64,000 nucleotides of DNA from Synergistaceae bacterium UBA6083 (GTDB lineage Bacteria; Synergistota; Synergistia; Synergistales; 79-D21): contig DIXJ01000007.1 of NCBI GenBank assembly GCA_002436015.1, forward strand, positions 10,256-74,255, written 5' to 3'. Made by a program: the position numbers and the translations under genes. This document shows, piece after piece, positions 40,625-50,565 of this stretch (position 1 is its first letter; the number at the start of each line of letters is the position of its first letter). The notes under the pieces were generated by a model. The model saw nothing but the letters and a program-made list of their open reading frames with translations, was not told where the DNA came from and made no database searches.

Positions 40625-42084
40625 CCGGTGGCTCCTTCCAGGTGGTCGAGAATACGCTGTGCAAGATCCGGGCCGATTCCCGGTATTGATGACGCCAACT
40701 CCTCCGGACCCGTTGAGGCAATGTGCTGGATGCTTCCGAACCGGGCAAGCAGGGCAGCTGCTCTCTTCTTCCCTACCCCTTCGACTTCTTCGAGAACCGA
40801 ACGTCGGTTTCGGCTGTCCCGCCTGCGGGTATGGGCTGAAACGGCAAAGCGGTGAGCCTCGTCCCTCAGCCTCTGCAAAAGCTGCAGGGCTGGATCCTCT
40901 CTACCGGGCAGGAGAGGGCGTTCGGCAAAAAGAGTGTATACCGCTTCTTCCTGTTTTGCCAGAGCGACAATGGGTATTTCCTCCAAGCCTAGTTCCTGGA
41001 GGGCTTTTTCAGCAAAAACCAGCTGCTGGGGTCCCCCGTCGATGACGATGAGCTGTGGAAGCGGGGCTTCCCCCTGCAAGGAGTGGCCGTACCGGCGCCT
41101 GAGAGTTTCCTGGATCGAACGGAAGTCGTCGATGCCCTCGACATCCCGTATGGCAAACTTCCTGTAGAGGGAGGGATTTGGAATCCCCTGCTCGAAAACG
41201 ACGACCACCCCGAAGGTTTCCTTTCCCGAAAAGTGGGAGATGTCGAAGCAGTCGATCCTCCATGGGACTGAGGCAAGGTTGAGGAGGGCCTCAAGACGGA
41301 CAAAGGCTTCCCAGGTGTCCTTGTCCAGGTCTTCGGGGAGGACATGGTTTCTTTTTTGCCGTGTGTAACGCCAAATGGAACGGATCGTATCCCTGAGGCG
41401 GGCGGCCTCCTCGAAGTGAAGCTCACGGGCGGCCTGGTCCATCCTGTAGCGCAACCTCTCAACGAGATCGGTCACCCTCCCGGCCAGAAGGAGTTCCAGA
41501 TCGGCTACGACTTCTCCATAACGGGTTTCGTTGCAGCCTCCAACGCAGGGGGCGAGGCACCTCATTAGGGCATGCCTGACACAGGGCCTACCCGGGACGG
41601 GTGGGTACGGTTCCCTGGATTTGCAAGTACGGAGCGGAAAATGGCGCTCTATCAGGCGGGTCAGCTGGCGCAGTTCGCTGACGCGGGTGAAAGGGCCGAA
41701 GTACGAGGCCCCTTCATCCTCCTTGTGCCGGGTTATCTCAAGGCGAGGGAAGGGTTCTTTCGTCAGCTTTATCCAGGGGTAGCGTTCCCCCATCTTGAGT
41801 TCAACGTTGAAGAAGGGCTGGTAGCGACGGATCAGGCGGGATTCCACGATCAGGGCTTCCGCTTCCGATTCGGTGCGGATAAAGGACAGGTCGCTGATCG
41901 AGTCCACGAGTTTTCGGAGTCGCGGGGACGCGAACCCTCCATGCCTGAAGTAGGAGGAGACTCTCTTGCGCAGGTTCTTGGCCTTGCCCACATAGATCAC
42001 CGCGCCCCGGGCATCGTGCATGAGATAAACCCCGGGCCGCAGCGGCAATTTCCGGATTTTTTCCTTCAGGCTCTCGCTCGCCAA
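40621..42084 (-). CDS. uvrC: Excinuclease ABC subunit C
   Basis: GIY-YIG (PGVYLMHDARGAVIYVGKAKNLRKRVSSYF), UVR motif (LHFEEAARLRDTI), and C-terminal (HhH)2 (IPGIGPDLAQRI). The TTG at 42084 behind GGGAGGG is preferred over the ATG at 42162, which would leave only 30 nt before cysS. Confidence 0.9.
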   Translation of the reverse strand: MASESLKEKIRKLPLRPGVYLMHDARGAVIYVGKAKNLRKRVSSYFRHGGFASPRLRKLVDSISDLSFIRTESEAEALIVESRLIRRYQPFFNVELKMGERYPWIKLTKEPFPRLEITRHKEDEGASYFGPFTRVSELRQLTRLIERHFPLRTCKSREPYPPVPGRPCVRHALMRCLAPCVGGCNETRYGEVVADLELLLAGRVTDLVERLRYRMDQAARELHFEEAARLRDTIRSIWRYTRQKRNHVLPEDLDKDTWEAFVRLEALLNLASVPWRIDCFDISHFSGKETFGVVVVFEQGIPNPSLYRKFAIRDVEGIDDFRSIQETLRRRYGHSLQGEAPLPQLIVIDGGPQQLVFAEKALQELGLEEIPIVALAKQEEAVYTLFAERPLLPGREDPALQLLQRLRDEAHRFAVSAHTRRRDSRNRRSVLEEVEGVGKKRAAALLARFGSIQHIASTGPEELASSIPGIGPDLAQRILDHLEGATG

Positions 42085-42121
42085 TGGCCGCCCTCCCGGT
42101 CGTTCGGTCTTTATGTCTCTT

Positions 42122-42151
42122 TTGCTATGGAAAACCCCTCCCGCATAGTAT
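42122..42151 (+). promoter_or_regulatory. Candidate cysS promoter
   Basis: TTGCTA (42122..42127), an 18-nt spacer, then TAGTAT (42146..42151). GGAGG lies 10 nt before the GTG start at 42193. Confidence 0.4.
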
Positions 42152-42172
42152 AGGATAGGCAAAACAAGTCAA
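42145..42172 (-). promoter_or_regulatory. Candidate uvrC promoter
   Basis: Minus strand reads TTGACT (42172..42167), a 16-nt spacer, then TACTAT (42150..42145). Confidence 0.4.
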
Positions 42173-42192
42173 CGAACCGGAGGTGTGTCCCC

Positions 42193-43605
42193 GTGAAGCT
42201 ATACAACGACCTGACCCGCAGAAAAGAGGATTTCATCCCGCTTGTTCCGGGAGAAGTGCGATTTTATGTCTGCGGTCCCACGGTCTACGACTTTTTCCAT
42301 ATCGGAAACGCCCGTCCCTTCATCGTTTTTGACGTCATGCGACGATACTTGGAATTAACAGGTCTCAAGGTGATTTTCGTCCAGAACTTCACCGACATCG
42401 ACGACAAGATGATCAATCGAGCCCGGGAGCTCGGGATTACCGTGCCCGAACTTGCCAAGCGCTTCATCGAGGCTTACTACGAAGACGCCGATGCTTTGGG
42501 GATCCGCAGGGCTACAGTGAACCCCAAGGCGACGGAACACATCCCCGAAATCATTGCCCTGGTGGAAAGGCTGATCGAGAAAGGGCACGCCTATGCCGTG
42601 GACGGCGATGTCTATTTCGAGGTTTCAACCTTTGCCGAGTATGGCAAGCTATCGAAGCAGACCCTGGAGGAACTCCAGTCGGGAGCTCGGATCGATGTGG
42701 ACGAAAGGAAAAGGCATCCGCTGGATTTTGCCCTCTGGAAAGCCCAGAAACCCGGGGAGCCGTCATGGGAAAGCCCCTGGGGGCCGGGAAGGCCTGGGTG
42801 GCACATCGAATGCAGCGCCATGGCGATAAAATACCTTGGGGAGACAGCCGATATCCATGCGGGTGGAAGCGACCTCGTGTTTCCCCATCATGAAAACGAA
42901 ATCGCCCAGGCCGAAGCAGCAACCGGAAAACCCTTTATCCGTACCTGGGTCCACAACGGCTACCTTCTCATGGATAACGAAAAAATGTCCAAGTCACTGG
43001 GAAACTTCCTGACCGCCAGGGAGATGCGGAAAAGCTTTTCCCCGCTTGCAATACGCCTTTTCATGCTGAGCGCCCACTACCGTTCCCCCATAAACTTTTC
43101 GGACGACTCCCTGAAGCAGGCCACGGCTGCCGTGGAAAGACTCCGAAATTGCTGGGTAGCCCTGCAGGAAGCCAAAGCGACGCCATCTGCCAGTCCGGCG
43201 GGGCGGGGAGATGTGCTCTCGAAAGAGATTGACAGGTTAACGGGGCGTTTTCGTGACGAGATGGAGGATGACCTCAACACTGCGGGGGCCTTGGGAGTAC
43301 TCTTTGAAGCGGTGAAAGCGATCAACAGCGCCCTGCGGGAAACGCCTCCCCCGGATGCACAATCCCTCAAGGAAGCCGAAGCTTTCATGCTGGACGCAGA
43401 CGATGTGCTTGGGGTCGTCGGGATCGGGAAGGAAAAGGATTCCGGGCCTTCAGACGAGGAAGTCGAAGGCAAAATCCTCCAGAGGACTGCGGCGAAAAAG
43501 GCGAAGGATTTCAAGCAGGCGGATGCGATAAGGGCCGAACTCCTGGAACGAGGCGTGGTCCTGGAGGACACGTCCCAGGGCACACGCTGGAAACGGCAGA
43601 TCTGA
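42193..43605 (+). CDS. cysS: Cysteinyl-tRNA synthetase
   Basis: 470 aa: CGPTVYDFFHIGNARP (HIGH-type), KMSKSLGN, and zinc ligands (HIECSAM). Confidence 0.97.
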   Translation: MKLYNDLTRRKEDFIPLVPGEVRFYVCGPTVYDFFHIGNARPFIVFDVMRRYLELTGLKVIFVQNFTDIDDKMINRARELGITVPELAKRFIEAYYEDADALGIRRATVNPKATEHIPEIIALVERLIEKGHAYAVDGDVYFEVSTFAEYGKLSKQTLEELQSGARIDVDERKRHPLDFALWKAQKPGEPSWESPWGPGRPGWHIECSAMAIKYLGETADIHAGGSDLVFPHHENEIAQAEAATGKPFIRTWVHNGYLLMDNEKMSKSLGNFLTAREMRKSFSPLAIRLFMLSAHYRSPINFSDDSLKQATAAVERLRNCWVALQEAKATPSASPAGRGDVLSKEIDRLTGRFRDEMEDDLNTAGALGVLFEAVKAINSALRETPPPDAQSLKEAEAFMLDADDVLGVVGIGKEKDSGPSDEEVEGKILQRTAAKKAKDFKQADAIRAELLERGVVLEDTSQGTRWKRQI

Positions 43606-43631
43606 ACCGCCCGAAACCGGTGAAGCGTTCA

Positions 43632-43668
43632 GGGAGAAGGTCCAGTGGAAGGACCTTCTCCCTTTTTT
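43632..43668 (+). terminator. Rho-independent terminator after cysS
   Basis: GGGAGAAGGTCC-agtggaa-GGACCTTCTCCC followed by TTTTTT. Confidence 0.8.
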
Positions 43669-43747
43669 CAACCGCTCCCCTTCTTGCGAGTTCCCGTGGT
43701 ATCATTAACAATAGGCATCAAGAAAAACATACAAGGAGGGGTATTAA

Positions 43748-44392
43748 ATGAAAATTCTCGTCCTGTTCTATTCAATGTATGGTCATGTCTATCGCATGGC
43801 AGAAGCCGTCGCTGACGGAGCCCGCACAGTGCCCGGGGCGGAGGTTGTCGTGAAGCGGGTTCCCGAGACCCTGCCGCGCGAGGTTCTGGAAAAGATGGGT
43901 GCCCTGGAAGCACAGAAAGCCTTCGAGTCGATACCGGTAGCAACGTTATCCGACCTGGCCGAGGCTGACGCCGTCGTTTTCGGCACCCCGACCCGTTTCG
44001 GCAACATGACGGCCCAGATGCGCAGTTTCCTGGACTCAACCGGAGGTCTCTGGGTAAAGGGGGCCTTGGTCGGTAAGGTTGGGGGTGTCTTCACGAGCAC
44101 GGGGACACAGCACGGGGGGCAGGAGTCGACTCTCCTCAGCTTCCAGGTGACTCTCCTCCATCACGGGATGGTGATCGCCGGCCTCCCCTACGCTTTCCAG
44201 GGACAGACGAACAACGATGGGATCGTTGGGGGCAGCCCTTATGGGGCCACAACGATAGCCGGGACGAGCGGAGAGCGGTCTCCGGCCGACCTGGACCTTG
44301 CCGGGGCCCGTTTCCAGGGAAAATATATCGCGCTCCTGGCTTCGAACCTGGCGGCAAATCGTGCCGATATGCTGGATCAGCTAAAGGCATAA
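43748..44392 (+). CDS. wrbA: NAD(P)H:quinone oxidoreductase WrbA (flavodoxin-like)
   Basis: [21 protein letters not shown]...[10 protein letters not shown]...; 214 aa. Confidence 0.9.
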   Translation: MKILVLFYSMYGHVYRMAEAVADGARTVPGAEVVVKRVPETLPREVLEKMGALEAQKAFESIPVATLSDLAEADAVVFGTPTRFGNMTAQMRSFLDSTGGLWVKGALVGKVGGVFTSTGTQHGGQESTLLSFQVTLLHHGMVIAGLPYAFQGQTNNDGIVGGSPYGATTIAGTSGERSPADLDLAGARFQGKYIALLASNLAANRADMLDQLKA

Positions 44393-44405
44393 GCTCTTTT
44401 TTGTA

Positions 44406-44446
44406 CCGGGGCCGCCGGCAATTACCGGCGACCCCGGTTTTTTTTT
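44406..44446 (+). terminator. Rho-independent terminator after wrbA
   Basis: CCGGGGcCGCCGG-caatta-CCGGCGaCCCCGG (12 of 13 bp) followed by nine T residues. Confidence 0.8.
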
Positions 44447-44521
44447 GACGGATGCAGTATAATACTCATTTGTCCGGTTTCGGCCGGGGCTCCATTATTC
44501 CCTTTTGGAAGGATCTGTCCC

Positions 44522-46408
44522 ATGAGAGACATTGGAAAAATTCGAAACGTTGCGATCATTGCCCATATCGACCACGGAAAGACCACTCTGCTGGACTCGG
44601 TTTTCCGCGCGGCACGCGTGTTCCGTGAAAACGCGAAGGTCGAGGAAAGAGTCATGGACAACAACGAGCTGGAACGGGAAAGAGGCATCACCATCCGCGC
44701 CAAGCACTGTTCGGTGGAATGGAAGGACACGCTCATCAACATCATCGACACTCCCGGCCATGCGGATTTTTCGGGCGAAGTCGAAAGGGTCCTTTCGATG
44801 GTGGATTCGGTGCTTCTGCTTGTCGATGCCAACGAAGGCCCAATGCCCCAGACCCGGTATGTCCTGATGCGCGCCTTAAAGGCAGGCTTGAAGCCGATCG
44901 TCGTGGTCAACAAGGTCGACCGTCCGAACGCTTCGGTCCAGAGCGCGCTCAATGCGACCTTCGACCTCTTTTTCGAACTTGGCGCAACAGAGGAACAGGC
45001 TGATTTTCCCGTTCTTTACGGATCGGGTCTCCACGGCTGGTTTGTCCGTGACCTGGAGCGGGACGAGCACACGGGGATGGACGCCCTTTTTGAAACGATC
45101 GTTGAAAATGTCGCTCCTCCGTCGGGCGACCCTGAAAAACCCTTCCTCCTGCAGTCCACCACGCTGGCCTGGAACGACTACATCGGCCGCATCGGGTGCG
45201 GGAAGGTCCTGCAAGGTCGAGTCAAGGTGGGAGACCCGATCCTGCGGACCGGTACCGCCTGGAAAGGCCACGACCGAAAGGATTGGGAAGTCTCCGGGCG
45301 GGAGAGTGCAAAAGTGACCCATCTCTGGGTGACACACGGTCTCCAGCTTGTCGAGGCGGAAGAGGTCGGGGCCGGTGACGTAGTGTGGATCGCGGGACCT
45401 GAGGAAATCCAGATCGGCGACACCCTTGCCGCCGCGGAAACGCCGGATATCGTGCTGGCTCCCCTGACGATCGAGGAACCGACCGTATCGATGTTCTTCC
45501 TCGTGAACACGGGTCCCTTTTCAGGGAAGGAAGGGCGTGCCGTAACGCTCAGGCAGATTCGCGACCGCCTGATGAGGGAGGCCCGGGTCAACGTAGCCCT
45601 CAGGGTGGAAGATCTCGGTCGCCCCGACGGGATCAAGGTTTCCGGCCGCGGGGAACTGCACCTTGCCATCCTGATCGAGGAAATGCGGCGGGAGGGCATG
45701 GAGTTCTGCGTGTCCAGGCCTGAAGTCATTACCGACAGGGATTTCGAGGGGAATCTTCTCGAACCGATCGAACAGTTGATCATCGATGTTCCAGAGGAAC
45801 ACCAGGGTGTCGTCATTGAAAAGGTGTCGAAGCGAAAGGGCGAGTTCACGAGCGTCCAGAACCTGGGAACGGGACTTCTCCGACTCGAGTTCAACATTCC
45901 CACGCGTGGCCTTATCGGGTACAGGAACGAGTTCCTTACGGATACCCGCGGCCTGGGAATCATGTCGTCCCGCTTTATCGGCTATGACCTGTGGCGAGGC
46001 GAGGTGACCGGGCGAAGCAGGGGTTCGCTGGTGAGCATGGACACTGGTGAAGCGACGAGCTACCAGCTCGAAAACCTCCAGGAACGCGGAACCCTTTTCG
46101 TTTCGCCGATGGAAAGAGTTTACGAAGGGATGGTCGTCGGTGAACATGCGCGGACAAACGACCTTCCCTGCAACCCGACCAAGAAGAAGCACGTGACCAA
46201 CCATAGGTCGGCTACGAAAGACAACACGGTCATCCTGGATGTCCCTCGCCGACTGACCCTTGATACCGCGCTGGAATGGATTGCCGAGGACGAACTCGTG
46301 GAAGTCTCCCCCCTCTCCGTGCGCGTCAGGAAGATAATCCTGAACCACGATGCCCGCAAAAAGGCTTCCCGGCGGGGAGCCGGGGCCGGGGACGAGGACG
46401 CCGCTTAG
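44522..46408 (+). CDS. typA: Translational GTPase TypA/BipA
   Basis: 628 aa: [32 protein letters not shown], with EF-G-like domains. A perfect TATAAT lies at 44458..44463 upstream. Confidence 0.96.
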   Translation: MRDIGKIRNVAIIAHIDHGKTTLLDSVFRAARVFRENAKVEERVMDNNELERERGITIRAKHCSVEWKDTLINIIDTPGHADFSGEVERVLSMVDSVLLLVDANEGPMPQTRYVLMRALKAGLKPIVVVNKVDRPNASVQSALNATFDLFFELGATEEQADFPVLYGSGLHGWFVRDLERDEHTGMDALFETIVENVAPPSGDPEKPFLLQSTTLAWNDYIGRIGCGKVLQGRVKVGDPILRTGTAWKGHDRKDWEVSGRESAKVTHLWVTHGLQLVEAEEVGAGDVVWIAGPEEIQIGDTLAAAETPDIVLAPLTIEEPTVSMFFLVNTGPFSGKEGRAVTLRQIRDRLMREARVNVALRVEDLGRPDGIKVSGRGELHLAILIEEMRREGMEFCVSRPEVITDRDFEGNLLEPIEQLIIDVPEEHQGVVIEKVSKRKGEFTSVQNLGTGLLRLEFNIPTRGLIGYRNEFLTDTRGLGIMSSRFIGYDLWRGEVTGRSRGSLVSMDTGEATSYQLENLQERGTLFVSPMERVYEGMVVGEHARTNDLPCNPTKKKHVTNHRSATKDNTVILDVPRRLTLDTALEWIAEDELVEVSPLSVRVRKIILNHDARKKASRRGAGAGDEDAA

Positions 46409-46425
46409 GCGTCATGGGGGGCAGG

Positions 46426-47577
46426 ATGAAAGGTTTTGTCTTTAACGCGCCGACAACGGTCGTTTTCGGCAGCGGATCGATCGCTTCCATAAGCGGGCAG
46501 GTTTCGAGGCTGGGCTGCAAGAATCCTCTTGTCATCACCGGTCCCAGGATCGGGTCTTCTTCCTTGCTCGATGAACTGAGGCGTCCCATGGAAGAATCGG
46601 GACTGGAGTTTAGGGTCTACGACCGAGTGAGTCCCGAACCCCCTGCAGAAACCATCGCAGAGGCTGTCAGCGTCATCCGGCAGGGAGGATACGACCTTTT
46701 GGTTGGTTTCGGGGGCGGCAGCACGATGGATTTCGCGAAGATTGCCTCGATCCTCGCTGTTCACGACGTCCTGATAGAAGATATGGCTGGGAATGACCGG
46801 GTCCCCGCAAAGGGACTCCCGACGATCATGGTGCCCACGACATCCGGGAGCGGATCGGAAGTCTCTCCCGTTGCGGTCCTCTCCTTTCCCGACCAGGGGA
46901 TGAAGAGGGGGATTGCAAGCCGTCGCCTCATTCCCGATGCTGCGCTGGTGGATCCCGCCCTGACCCTCGGGCTCCCTGCCGAGATCACGGCCAACACGGG
47001 AGTGGATGCCCTGATCCACGGGGTGGAATCTTTCCTGTCGGTCAAGGCGAATCCCCTGAGCGAGAACCTTTCGCTAATGGCTTGCGAGAACATCGCCAGG
47101 AACCTGGTCCGGGCCGTTCGCTCCGGCGGCGACCTCGAGGCAAGGGAGGGAATGTCTCTTGGCAGCCTGACGGCCGGTTTGGCTTTCTCGATGGCAGGGA
47201 CTGCGGCGGTGCACGCCCTGGCGTATCCTCTCGGGGGCCAATTCCACGTTCCGCACGGAGCGGCCAACGCCGTCATGCTGCGGCCGCTTCTTGAATTCAA
47301 TCTTCCCGCTTGCCGGGAACGGTTCGCACGCCTGGCGATGGCTTTCGGCGTCGCTATTCCGGGGGATTTGCAGGGATCTTCGGAAGCCTTCATCAGGCTC
47401 GTGATCGACCTGAGCGAAAAAGCCGGGGTCAAGACGCACCTCAGGGATCTCGGCATTCCCAGGGAAGCCCTCGCCACGATGGCGGAAGCTGCGATGGAAG
47501 AAGTCCGCCTTCTCGAGAACAACCCGCGTGTGCTGACCCGAGAAGACGCGGAGCGGCTCTACTCCGAAGCCTGGTAG
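46426..47577 (+). CDS. Iron-containing (group III) alcohol dehydrogenase
   Basis: MKGFVFNAPTTVVFGSG..., GGGSTMDFAK, and metal-binding His region (HGVESFL, HALAYPLGGQFHVPHG). The ATG at 46426 is preferred; the track start lies inside typA. Confidence 0.88.
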   Translation: MKGFVFNAPTTVVFGSGSIASISGQVSRLGCKNPLVITGPRIGSSSLLDELRRPMEESGLEFRVYDRVSPEPPAETIAEAVSVIRQGGYDLLVGFGGGSTMDFAKIASILAVHDVLIEDMAGNDRVPAKGLPTIMVPTTSGSGSEVSPVAVLSFPDQGMKRGIASRRLIPDAALVDPALTLGLPAEITANTGVDALIHGVESFLSVKANPLSENLSLMACENIARNLVRAVRSGGDLEAREGMSLGSLTAGLAFSMAGTAAVHALAYPLGGQFHVPHGAANAVMLRPLLEFNLPACRERFARLAMAFGVAIPGDLQGSSEAFIRLVIDLSEKAGVKTHLRDLGIPREALATMAEAAMEEVRLLENNPRVLTREDAERLYSEAW

Positions 47578-47579
47578 CC

Positions 47580-48326
47580 CTACTCCGTCCCGGTTTTGCA
47601 GCCTTCCGCGAGGATGGGCCCGATCTGCTCCAGTATTCGGGCGGTATGGGATCCCCTCCAGAAAATCCGTTCGCATGAAGGGCAAGTATGGAAGGAATCA
47701 TAGAAAAGACGGGTCATGGGCTGGAGTCGGTCCATGACCTTCTCTTTTTCGACCGGGACAAGAAGCGTGTTGCACCGTACGCACCGCGTAAAGGGCTTTG
47801 CGAGGCAAGCCAGGCCATACTGGTGAACGACTTCAGCCAGCTGTTCCCACGGCTCTTCGCTGCGGACCAGGCAACCGAAAAGCACGATGCGCCGCTTCAG
47901 GAGGTTCCTGTCCCTGGAGAGGACGACGCGGTTCTCTTCCCACGCCCGGAGGGTGATGCCCCTATCATCAAGTCCCGGGTCCATGATCGTGTCGAAACCC
48001 AGTAGGCGGAGCAGTTTCCCTACTCCGGCCACATTGATGTCCGCGATGAAAGCGGCACCGATGGCAGGATGCGCCTGCCCCGCCTGTTTCCAGGGAAACG
48101 GTCGCGGCGGGGTGTGGGGGAAGGCATCGACCCTGTCATCAAACTCAACGGGGGCAAGGAGGCCTGACTCCCGGCCATTCACGGCCAGCCTTCCTATTTC
48201 CGTGTGGGGAATCCCCAACGTTTCAATGAGATCCTTCGCCGCTCTCGGGAAAGCCCGGCGTGGAGGCGGGCTTGTCCTTTTGTCCAGGAGTTCGGCCAAG
48301 GATTCGTGAAAGATGATGTCGGGCAT
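47580..48326 (-). CDS. Mut7-C (DUF82) RNase-domain protein with an N-terminal ubiquitin-like domain
   Basis: FIADINVAGVGKLLRLLGFDT...SRDRNLLKR... and a C-terminal zinc ribbon RCVRCN...CPSCERIFWRGSH. Confidence 0.7.
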   Translation of the reverse strand: MPDIIFHESLAELLDKRTSPPPRRAFPRAAKDLIETLGIPHTEIGRLAVNGRESGLLAPVEFDDRVDAFPHTPPRPFPWKQAGQAHPAIGAAFIADINVAGVGKLLRLLGFDTIMDPGLDDRGITLRAWEENRVVLSRDRNLLKRRIVLFGCLVRSEEPWEQLAEVVHQYGLACLAKPFTRCVRCNTLLVPVEKEKVMDRLQPMTRLFYDSFHTCPSCERIFWRGSHTARILEQIGPILAEGCKTGTE

Positions 48327-48381
48327 TCAATTCGCTCCCCTCTCACTTGTCCTGGCAGGGACTGGGTGGGAAAATGGCCCC

Positions 48382-50556
48382 ATGCCTGAAAAAAACAGCG
48401 GAAACGCGAGCTTGCAAGGAGAAATCGAGAGGATCACCTACCGCGATGAGAAGACCGGATATAGCGTGATCCGCCTGAGGGTAGCGGGAACGACCAAGCC
48501 CGTCACGGTTGTGGGAATCCTTCCCGTCGCGTCGATCGGGGAAGCGCTCTCCCTGCTGGGTGACTGGGTGGTCCACCCCCGCTTCGGGAAGCAGTTCCAG
48601 GCTCGTTCCTGTCGGCCTTCCGTACCGGTAACGGCTGCCGGTATCGAGCGCTACCTCGGAAGCGGGGCCATCAAGGGTGTCGGCCCGGTGACGGCGAGGA
48701 GGATCGTCCAGGAATTCGGGGAAAAGGCCCTTGAGATCCTTGATCGAGAGCCTGAGAGCGTTGCCCGCGTAAGCGGAATTGGCAAGGCGCGGCTGAACGT
48801 GATCAAGGCCGGGTGGAAAGCAAGGACCGTTGCCAGGGAAGCCCTGCTTTTCCTGTATTCGGTCGGGGTGAGTGCAGGCCTCGCCGAAAAAATCCAGCGC
48901 CGTTACGGCGACTTCACCGTTGAGCGAATAAGGGAGAACCCGTATCGTCTTGCCGAAGAGGTCTGGGGCATCGGTTTCCTTACCGCCGACCGCATCGCGG
49001 CCCAGATGGGCTTCGCACCGGACTCCTCCTTCCGGGTAGATGCCGGCATCCTTCACACGCTTCGGACCCTTTCCGAGGCTGGTCACCTCTACTCCCCCCT
49101 CCCTGAACTCCTGTCCCGCGCTTCCGGGCTCCTTGGCGCGGAACCTGGAACCCTTCGAGAGGCTATCGCCAGGGGCGTTGATCGAAACGAACTGGTCCTT
49201 GAGGAGCGGGGAGGGGAAGAGGCCGTTTACCTCATATCCTCCTACCGCGCGGAAAAGCACGTTGCCCATTGCCTGAAGGTCCTGCTTTCCTCGCCCCCGC
49301 CCCGTGAACGTGAAGGACTCGGGGGTACCTTTGCAGATTTTGTCCGCCAATACCCGGTTCGCCTGTCCGAGAAACAGGTTGAAGCCCTTCACCTCTCGCT
49401 GGAAGGAAGGGTCCTCATCGTCACGGGAGGTCCAGGAACGGGCAAGACGACTCTCGTAAAGGCGATCCTTAAGCTCCATGAAAGCCATAAGGAGAGAATT
49501 TTCCTTGCCGCTCCCACGGGCCGCGCGGCAAAGCGCTTGCAGGAGACCGCAGGGCAAAGCGCCAAGACCGTTCATCGGCTCCTTGAGTACAAGGTCCAGG
49601 ACGGTACATTTGCCCGTTGTGCGGAAAATCCACTGGCCTGCGACCTCCTGGTTGTAGACGAAGTTTCGATGCTCGATACACAGATGGCAGCCCACCTTTT
49701 GGATGCGGTTCCGCCGGGGGCTTCCCTCATCCTGGTCGGCGATGCGGATCAACTCCCGTCAGTGGGTCCCGGGAACGTCCTCAAGGAATGCATCGATTCT
49801 GGAGTGATCCCCGTAGTGGAGCTCAATGAGATATTCCGGCAAAGCAGGGAAAGCCTGATCATTGTCAACGCGCACCGGGTAAAGGAAGGGCTCATGCCGC
49901 TCTTTGCCGGCGAAGCGGAGGCCAGGAAGGGGTTCCATTTTATCGCAGAAGAGAACCCGGAAAAGGTGGCCCTGAAGGTTTGTGAACTCGTGTCCAGCAC
50001 TCTACCGCAACGTTTTGGCCTTGACCCGCTTGAGGACATCCAGGTGCTCTGCCCGATGCACAAGGGGGAGTCCGGCGCAATTGCCCTTAACGATAGCCTC
50101 CAGGAAGCTCTAAACGGTCAATCCGCAGGGTTTCAGTGCGGAGGAAAAACTTTCCGGATCGGCGACAGGGTCATGCAGGTCAAGAACGACTACGAGAAGG
50201 ATGTTTTCAATGGGGATATCGGCAGGATCATAGGAATCGACGAGGAAGAGCAGGTCTTGGCGATCGCGTTTGACGGGAGAGTGATCCCCTATGTTTTCAT
50301 GGATTTGGACCAGGTTATCCCCGCTTACGCGATCACCGTCCATAAGTCCCAGGGGTCCGAGTACCCGGCCGTCGTCATCCCGTTGACGACGCAACATTAT
50401 CTTATGCTCCAGAGAAATCTTCTCTACACGGCCCTTACCAGGGCGCGTCGCATTGCCGTCATTGTCGGAACTAAAAAAGCCCTTGCCATTGCCGTCAAGA
50501 ACGATAAAGTCCAGTTGCGATGCAGTCGACTAGCCCTTCGTTTGAGCCAGCCGTGA
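48382..50556 (+). CDS. recD2: RecD2-type SF1B ATP-dependent DNA helicase
   Basis: N-terminus LQGEIERITYRDEKTGYSVIRL, Walker A VTGGPGTGKTT, LVVDEVSMLD, C-terminus YAITVHKSQGSEYPAV. The ATG at 48382 is preferred; the track start at 48313 would overlap the divergent gene. Confidence 0.9.
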   Translation: MPEKNSGNASLQGEIERITYRDEKTGYSVIRLRVAGTTKPVTVVGILPVASIGEALSLLGDWVVHPRFGKQFQARSCRPSVPVTAAGIERYLGSGAIKGVGPVTARRIVQEFGEKALEILDREPESVARVSGIGKARLNVIKAGWKARTVAREALLFLYSVGVSAGLAEKIQRRYGDFTVERIRENPYRLAEEVWGIGFLTADRIAAQMGFAPDSSFRVDAGILHTLRTLSEAGHLYSPLPELLSRASGLLGAEPGTLREAIARGVDRNELVLEERGGEEAVYLISSYRAEKHVAHCLKVLLSSPPPREREGLGGTFADFVRQYPVRLSEKQVEALHLSLEGRVLIVTGGPGTGKTTLVKAILKLHESHKERIFLAAPTGRAAKRLQETAGQSAKTVHRLLEYKVQDGTFARCAENPLACDLLVVDEVSMLDTQMAAHLLDAVPPGASLILVGDADQLPSVGPGNVLKECIDSGVIPVVELNEIFRQSRESLIIVNAHRVKEGLMPLFAGEAEARKGFHFIAEENPEKVALKVCELVSSTLPQRFGLDPLEDIQVLCPMHKGESGAIALNDSLQEALNGQSAGFQCGGKTFRIGDRVMQVKNDYEKDVFNGDIGRIIGIDEEEQVLAIAFDGRVIPYVFMDLDQVIPAYAITVHKSQGSEYPAVVIPLTTQHYLMLQRNLLYTALTRARRIAVIVGTKKALAIAVKNDKVQLRCSRLALRLSQP

Positions 50557-50565
50557 GCCTCCTGG

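Noticed and set aside
44447-44521. A -35 element for the perfect TATAAT (44458..44463) upstream of typA.
   Set aside because: TTGACG is only 7 nt upstream of the -10 box, and the hexamer at proper spacing (CGGTTT) is poor. The -10 box may still function, but I cannot support a full promoter call.
48327-48381. A possible leaderless recD2 transcript (TTGTCC-17-GAAAAT ending 7 nt before the ATG at 48382).
   Set aside because: The -10 box is weak, and a GGGTGGGA Shine-Dalgarno-like box 12 nt upstream of the ATG argues for a leadered mRNA. The evidence is too thin to report.
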